Shown: one piece after another, positions 58,899 to 64,000 of the stretch
Layout: each line of letters opens with the position of its first letter
How positions within the stretch are numbered: the first letter of the stretch is position 1
DNA from: Lachnospiraceae bacterium
Lineage (GTDB): Bacteria; Bacillota; Clostridia; Lachnospirales; Lachnospiraceae
Direction: 5' to 3'
DNA length: 64,000 nt
NCBI GenBank assembly: GCA_024690725.1
Contig: JAILOQ010000102.1
Coordinates: forward strand, 22,100 to 86,099
Notes under the pieces: generated by a model
Database searches by the model: none
What the model was told of the DNA's origin: nothing
Seen by the model: the letters and a program-made list of their open reading frames with translations, nothing else
Position numbers and translations under genes: made by a program

Positions 58899-61800
58899 TT
58901 ACACTTTTTTGATGGAAATGGAAACACTTTCTTTGTTAACTTTCCATTCTTTTTCGATATCAAACGCACCTTCCGTGACGATCTCATCCGCCAATACCTT
59001 AGCAGCGATCTCAGCCTCGTGTTCTTTTACGATCGCAGCGAGTTTTTCGTTTCCGGAAACGGCAAGTTTGATGTGGTCCATTACCTCAAATCCGGAGTCT
59101 TTACGCATGGTCTGGATCTTGGAGATGATCTCTAAGACAAATCCTTCTTTTACCAGGTCCTCGGTAAGGTTTGTGTCAAGCACGACCGTTACGGTATTGT
59201 CCGCCTCGGTCACAAAGCCATCCTTTTGCTCGGTAGAGATGAGCAGATCTTCTTCGGCGAGTTTCACTTCCACGCCGTCCACATCGAAGGTGATGGCACC
59301 GTTTTCTTTCAACTCGGCGTAGCCTTTCACACCGTCGAGGCTTCCCAAATACTTCTGAATGCCGCCAAGCTGCTTGCCGTACTTCGGACCGACGGTACGA
59401 AGCTGAGGCTTGAAGCTGTAAGACGTAAAGTCTGCCACATCATCGGTAAAGGTTACCTTCTTTACATTCAGCTCGTCCTCGATGATCTCAACGTAGAACG
59501 CATCGAGCTGTCTCGGTGCTTTTACATACATGTTGCCGATCGGCTGACGGTTCTTGATGGCTGCCGTATTGCGGGCCGCACGTCCCATGACAACGATCTT
59601 TAAGACCTCATCCATATCGTTCTCAAGCTTCTCGTCGATCCACTCCGTCTTTACGGTCGGATAGTCACACAGGTGCACGCTTTCGGGTGCCGCGGGATCG
59701 ATCGAGCAGACCAGATTGCGGTAAATATCTTCCGTCATGAACGGAACCATGGGAGCTGCTGCCTTTGCGATCTCCACAAGCGCCGTATAAAGCGTCATGT
59801 ACGCATTGATCTTATCCTGCTCCATGCCCTTTGCCCAGAAGCGCTCACGGCTGCGGCGTACATACCAGTTGCTGCAGTCATCCACAAATGCGGAAAGTGC
59901 ACGTCCCGCCTCGGGAATGCGGTAGTTATAAAGATCGTCATCCACTTCCTTGATGGTGGAAGCAAGCTTGGACAGTAACCACTTATCCATAACGGAAAGC
60001 TTATCGTATTCGAGCGTATATTTCGTAGCATCGAAGTTATCGATATTTGCATAAAGAACAAAGAACGCATAGGTATTCCAAAGCGTACCCATGAACTTGT
60101 TTTTACCTTCTTTGACCGCGTCGCCGTGGAAGCGGTTCGGAAGCCATGGTGCGGAATTCACGTAGAAGTACCAGCGGATGGCATCTGCACCGTATTCTGC
60201 CAGGGCATCAAACGGATCGACCGCATTTCCCTTGGACTTACTCATCTTCTGGCCGTTCTCGTCCTGCACGTGGCCGAGTACGATAACGTTCTCGTAAGGT
60301 GCCTTGTTAAACAGAAGCGTCGACTCTGCAAGGAGGGAATAGAACCAACCTCTCGTCTGATCCACAGCCTCGGAAATGAACTGCGCCGGGAACTGCTGTT
60401 CAAACAGATCCTTGTTTTCAAACGGATAATGATGCTGTGCAAACGGCATCGCACCGGAGTCGAACCAGCAGTCGATCACCTCGGGTACACGCTTCATCGT
60501 GCCACCGCACTTCGGGCAGCGGAGCGTGATCTCATCGATATACGGGCGGTGAAGCTCTACGGTCTTGGCTGCTTCGTTTCCGCTCATTTCATATAACTCT
60601 TCTCTGGAGCCCACGGATTCCATATGACCGCATTCGCACTGCCAGATGTTTAACGGCGTACCCCAGTAACGGTTACGGGAAACACCCCAATCCTGGATAT
60701 TCTCCAGCCAGTCACCGAAACGTCCCTTACCGATGGATTCGGGGATCCAGTTTACGGTGTTGTTGTTCTTGATCAGATCGTCCTTTACGGCGGTCATCTT
60801 GATAAACCAGGACTCTCTCGCATAGTAGATGAGCGGTGTATCGCAACGCCAGCAGAACGGATAATCATGTTCAAACTTCGGATCCGCAAACAGAAGGTTT
60901 CTGGAATTCAAGTCCATCAGTACCTTCGGGTCGGCATCCTTTACGAACAGACCGCCGAACGGCGTATCGTCCGTCATGTTACCCTTTTCATCCACGAGCT
61001 GAACAAACGGAAGGTCATTGTCTCTTCCGACTCTCGCATCGTCTTCACCGAATGCGGGAGCGATATGTACGATACCGGTACCGTCGGAAAGCGTTACGTA
61101 GGTATCTGCCGTAATGAAGTGTGCTTTCTTGTGCTGCTTTTCGGCAAGTGCGGCAGCGCAATCATACAACGGTTCATATTCCTTACCGGTCAGATCCTTA
61201 CCGATGTAAGATTCGATGATCTCATAGTTCTTACCGGCCTTCGCCAGTTCATTCTCAGGGTTAGCCTCTGCTAACTTTCCTAAGACGGTATCCAAAAGCG
61301 CCTCAGCCATGATATAGGTATAGCCGTCGGCCGCTTTTACTTTCACATAGGATTCGTTCGGGTTTACGCAAAGCGCAACGTTACTCGGAAGCGTCCAGGG
61401 TGTGGTCGTCCATGCAAGGAAATATGCATCCTCTCCCTTGATCTTGAAACGAACGGTTGCCGAACGTTCCTTTACGGATTTATATCCCTGCGCCACTTCG
61501 TGCGAAGAAAGCGGGGTACCGCAACGGGGACAGTAAGGCACGATCTTAAAGCCTTTATAAAGAAGGTCCTTCTTCCAGATCTCCTTTAATGCCCACCACT
61601 CGGATTCGATAAAGTCATCGTGATAGGTAACGTAAGGATCGTCCATGTCCGCCCAGAAGCCGACGGTGCCGGAGAAATCCTCCCACATACCCTTATATTT
61701 CCAAACACTTTCCTTACACTTTGTGATAAACGGATCCAGACCGTATTCTTCGATCTGTTCCTTGCCGTCGAGTCCCAAAAGCTTCTCCACTTCGAGCTCG

Positions 61801-62075
61801 ACCGGGAGTCCGTGCGTATCCCATCCTGCCTTACGGGGTACCATGTATCCCTTCATGGTGCGATATCTGGGGATCATATCCTTGATAACACGGGTCAAAA
61901 CGTGTCCGATATGCGGCTTTCCGTTTGCGGTCGGAGGACCGTCGTAAAAGGTATAAGTCGGTCCCTCTTTGCGGGAATCCATACTTTTCTCAAAAATCTT
62001 GTTCTCTTTCCAGAACTTTTCCGTTTCTTTTTCGTGGGCTACAAAATCCACGTTTGTTTCCACTTTGTTGTACAT
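58899..62075 (-). CDS. ileS: Isoleucine-tRNA ligase, long type-2 (eukaryote-like) form
   Basis: HIGH (PHIGH) and KMSKS motifs are present. The N-terminus TFYDGPPTANGKPHIGH and the roughly 1058-aa length are typical of type-2 IleRS. The ATG at 62075 follows AGGAGG. Confidence 0.95.
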   Translation of the reverse strand: MYNKVETNVDFVAHEKETEKFWKENKIFEKSMDSRKEGPTYTFYDGPPTANGKPHIGHVLTRVIKDMIPRYRTMKGYMVPRKAGWDTHGLPVELEVEKLLGLDGKEQIEEYGLDPFITKCKESVWKYKGMWEDFSGTVGFWADMDDPYVTYHDDFIESEWWALKEIWKKDLLYKGFKIVPYCPRCGTPLSSHEVAQGYKSVKERSATVRFKIKGEDAYFLAWTTTPWTLPSNVALCVNPNESYVKVKAADGYTYIMAEALLDTVLGKLAEANPENELAKAGKNYEIIESYIGKDLTGKEYEPLYDCAAALAEKQHKKAHFITADTYVTLSDGTGIVHIAPAFGEDDARVGRDNDLPFVQLVDEKGNMTDDTPFGGLFVKDADPKVLMDLNSRNLLFADPKFEHDYPFCWRCDTPLIYYARESWFIKMTAVKDDLIKNNNTVNWIPESIGKGRFGDWLENIQDWGVSRNRYWGTPLNIWQCECGHMESVGSREELYEMSGNEAAKTVELHRPYIDEITLRCPKCGGTMKRVPEVIDCWFDSGAMPFAQHHYPFENKDLFEQQFPAQFISEAVDQTRGWFYSLLAESTLLFNKAPYENVIVLGHVQDENGQKMSKSKGNAVDPFDALAEYGADAIRWYFYVNSAPWLPNRFHGDAVKEGKNKFMGTLWNTYAFFVLYANIDNFDATKYTLEYDKLSVMDKWLLSKLASTIKEVDDDLYNYRIPEAGRALSAFVDDCSNWYVRRSRERFWAKGMEQDKINAYMTLYTALVEIAKAAAPMVPFMTEDIYRNLVCSIDPAAPESVHLCDYPTVKTEWIDEKLENDMDEVLKIVVMGRAARNTAAIKNRQPIGNMYVKAPRQLDAFYVEIIEDELNVKKVTFTDDVADFTSYSFKPQLRTVGPKYGKQLGGIQKYLGSLDGVKGYAELKENGAITFDVDGVEVKLAEEDLLISTEQKDGFVTEADNTVTVVLDTNLTEDLVKEGFVLEIISKIQTMRKDSGFEVMDHIKLAVSGNEKLAAIVKEHEAEIAAKVLADEIVTEGAFDIEKEWKVNKESVSISIKKV

Positions 62076-62112
62076 TGTGGCGCCTCCTGCTTTCTGTACT
62101 TTCATATGTTAT

Positions 62113-62142
62113 ACTATAATGTCATAAAACAAGGATTGTCAA
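62113..62142 (-). promoter_or_regulatory. Candidate ileS promoter overlapping the mfd stop codon
   Basis: The minus strand reads TTGACA-N18-TATAGT. The -35 element includes the mfd TGA. Confidence 0.5.
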
Positions 62143-64000
62143 GACTTCGGCACATCCTCCATCTTCAGCAATTCCGTCATTCTTTCCACGATCTTCTCGG
62201 CTGTCTTTAATACATTCTCCTCATCCTTTACATCATACCCTACGGGAGAAAGAACGTGTCGAAACTCCGGAACGGGTTTATAGGTAAACCGAAGTCTTCC
62301 CCCGAATTCTTCCACAAGCTCGGGAATGTGCTCTGCCGCAAGCTTTGCCTGCGGATACATCCGGATGGTGATGCCGTTCTTTTTCCCTTTGATCTCTTCT
62401 ATATATATGGAAGAGGCACGGGCTTTTAAGAGCGCGATGCGTAAGAGGTTTTGCGCCGTGAGCGGGAGGTTTCCGAACCGGTCCTTCAACTCCCCTTCCA
62501 TCTCTTCTTTGTCTTCCTCGCTTAGGATCAGAGAGATCCGTTTGTAGATATCGAGTTTCTGCGTTTCGTTTAAGATGTATTCGTCCGGAATGTAGGCATT
62601 GACATCCAGATCCACCGTGGTCTCAAAGCCGCGGATCTCTTCCTGTATGCCCTTGAGCCCCTTTACGGCTTCGTTTAACATCTTGCAATACAGATCGTAT
62701 CCCACGGCTTCCATATGTCCGTGCTGCATCTTACCCAAGAGATTTCCGGCCCCGCGCAATTCCAGATCCTTCGTGGCAATACGGTAACCGCTGCCGAGAT
62801 CCGTGAATTCCTTGATGGCCTCCAGACGCTTTTGTGCCACTTCCCTCAAGATCTTGTCGCGCTTATACATCAGGAACGCATAGGCATTCCGGCTGCTCCG
62901 GCCCACGCGTCCGCGCAGCTGATATAACTGCGCCAGTCCCAACGCATCCGAATTATGAATGATCATGGTGTTTACGTTCGGAATATCGATCCCCGTCTCG
63001 ATGATCGTGGTCGAAACCAGAACATCGATCTCGCCGTTGATGAAATCATACAGGATATCTTCCAGTTCCCGTTCCTTCATCTTGCCGTGTGCAAACTCCA
63101 CGCGTACGTCGGGTACCAGCTCTCTGACCTTCGCCGTCACCTCCGCGATATCGGCCACACGGTTATATACGTAATACACCTGACCGCCGCGTGCCGTTTC
63201 ACGCAGGATCGCTTCGCGCACCATTTCGGAATTGTATTCCATGACATAGGTCTGGATCGGCTGTCGATCCTCCGGCCCTTCTTCCAAAAGGCTCATATCT
63301 CGGATCCCGATCAGGCTCATATGAAGGGTCCTGGGGATCGGCGTCGCAGTAAGCGTGAGCACATCCACATCCTTCTTCATCTGCTTGATCTTTTCCTTGT
63401 GCGTCACGCCGAAGCGCTGCTCCTCATCCACGATCAACAGGCCCAGATCCTTAAATTCCACATCCTTACTCAACAGCCTGTGGGTACCGATCACGATATC
63501 CACGCCGCCTTTTTTCAGTTCATGCAAGGTTTTTCTTTGTTCCGCCGCCGTCTTAAAGCGCGAGAGCATCTCAATACCGATCGGAAAATCCTTCATGCGC
63601 TGACGGAAGGTATCGTAATGCTGCTTGGCAAGGATCGTCGTCGGCACCAGATAGGCCACCTGCTTTCCCTCCATCACGGCCTTAAATGCTGCCCGGATCG
63701 CGATCTCCGTCTTTCCGAAGCCCACATCGCCGCAGATCAATCGGTCCATGATGCGGTCACTTTCCATATCCGCCTTCGTCGCCTCGATCGCCGCAAGCTG
63801 ATCCTCGGTCTCTTCATAAGGAAAGAGTTCCTCAAACTCTTTTTGCCAGACTGTATCCGACAGATATGCATGCCCGCGTTTGTTCATGCGCACCGCATAC
63901 AGTTGCACGAGTTCTTTGGCTACCTCGTTGACGGCCGTTTTCACCTTGCTCTTTGTCTTCGTCCACTCCTGCGTGCCGAGTTTGTTGAGTTTCGGCGTTT
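62139..64000 (-). CDS. mfd: Transcription-repair coupling factor Mfd (C-terminal ~620 codons); the gene continues beyond the right edge
   Basis: PYEETEDQLAAI, the helicase motif I GDVGFGKTE, DEEQRFGV and the TRG/translocation region are present. The frame stays open to position 64000 and reads ...TPKLNKLGTQEWTKTKSKVKTAV.... Confidence 0.93.
   Translation of the reverse strand, partial: TPKLNKLGTQEWTKTKSKVKTAVNEVAKELVQLYAVRMNKRGHAYLSDTVWQKEFEELFPYEETEDQLAAIEATKADMESDRIMDRLICGDVGFGKTEIAIRAAFKAVMEGKQVAYLVPTTILAKQHYDTFRQRMKDFPIGIEMLSRFKTAAEQRKTLHELKKGGVDIVIGTHRLLSKDVEFKDLGLLIVDEEQRFGVTHKEKIKQMKKDVDVLTLTATPIPRTLHMSLIGIRDMSLLEEGPEDRQPIQTYVMEYNSEMVREAILRETARGGQVYYVYNRVADIAEVTAKVRELVPDVRVEFAHGKMKERELEDILYDFINGEIDVLVSTTIIETGIDIPNVNTMIIHNSDALGLAQLYQLRGRVGRSSRNAYAFLMYKRDKILREVAQKRLEAIKEFTDLGSGYRIATKDLELRGAGNLLGKMQHGHMEAVGYDLYCKMLNEAVKGLKGIQEEIRGFETTVDLDVNAYIPDEYILNETQKLDIYKRISLILSEEDKEEMEGELKDRFGNLPLTAQNLLRIALLKARASSIYIEEIKGKKNGITIRMYPQAKLAAEHIPELVEEFGGRLRFTYKPVPEFRHVLSPVGYDVKDEENVLKTAEKIVERMTELLKMEDVPKS

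Noticed and set aside
62076-62138. A T-box leader upstream of ileS.
   Set aside because: Only 63 nt are available, and no specifier loop or T-box sequence is visible.

Overview
This is a 64-kb chromosomal window from a Firmicutes/Clostridia-type genome. The gene content looks Lachnospiraceae-like, but that taxonomic guess is inference only. I support about 60 protein genes, and most lie on the minus strand, which fits leading-strand bias near a replication origin. I saw no rRNA, tRNA, CRISPR array, transposase or prophage genes.

Gene content, left to right:
- A heavy-metal ATPase N-terminal fragment.
- Two small orphan proteins and a methyl-accepting chemotaxis protein (MCP) with a roughly 250-aa acidic repeat tail.
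- A tight srtB-LCP-(APKTG surface protein)-cpsB-cpsC-cpsD operon.
- A preQ1-I riboswitch followed by queT.
- An 845-aa orphan membrane protein.
- The full F1Fo ATP synthase operon (atpZ-I-B-E-F-H-A-G-D-C).
- A DUF402 gene, a SleB-type hydrolase, dCMP deaminase, upp, rpiB, tsaC and a GH18/SH3 hydrolase.
- mecA.
- A pyruvate formate-lyase locus, then pflA and a ferredoxin.
- dnaB-rplI-gdpP and rpsR-ssb-rpsF, then a DUF951 gene and a Sir2 deacylase.
- A LacI-type-PBP-GGDEF cyclase and a Ca-binding-repeat orphan.
- An aconitase, a cvpA-like pair, galM, recR-ybaB-dnaX and pfkA.
- A MacAB-like efflux system, glgP, an SBP plus Cache/HAMP-GGDEF pair, type-2 ileS and the 3' part of mfd.

Most noteworthy observations:
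1. The pyruvate formate-lyase gene is split into three cistrons: a catalytic body, a 67-aa Cys-rich insert ORF that looks like a diverged half-copy of the radical module, and a stand-alone 81-aa glycyl-radical module.
2. A class B sortase, an LCP protein, an APKTG-anchored protein and CpsBCD are fused into one operon with no glycosyltransferases.
3. The MCP has almost no extracellular loop but carries a pseudo-symmetric acidic C-terminal extension.
4. A recurring GTTAGC-N4-GCTAAC palindrome sits directly after stop codons.
5. A strong promoter drives a roughly 190-nt structured leader in front of a 110-aa orphan ORF (113 codons from the upstream TTG) that has no Shine-Dalgarno sequence.

All family assignments come from motif recognition by eye. 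No database search was run.
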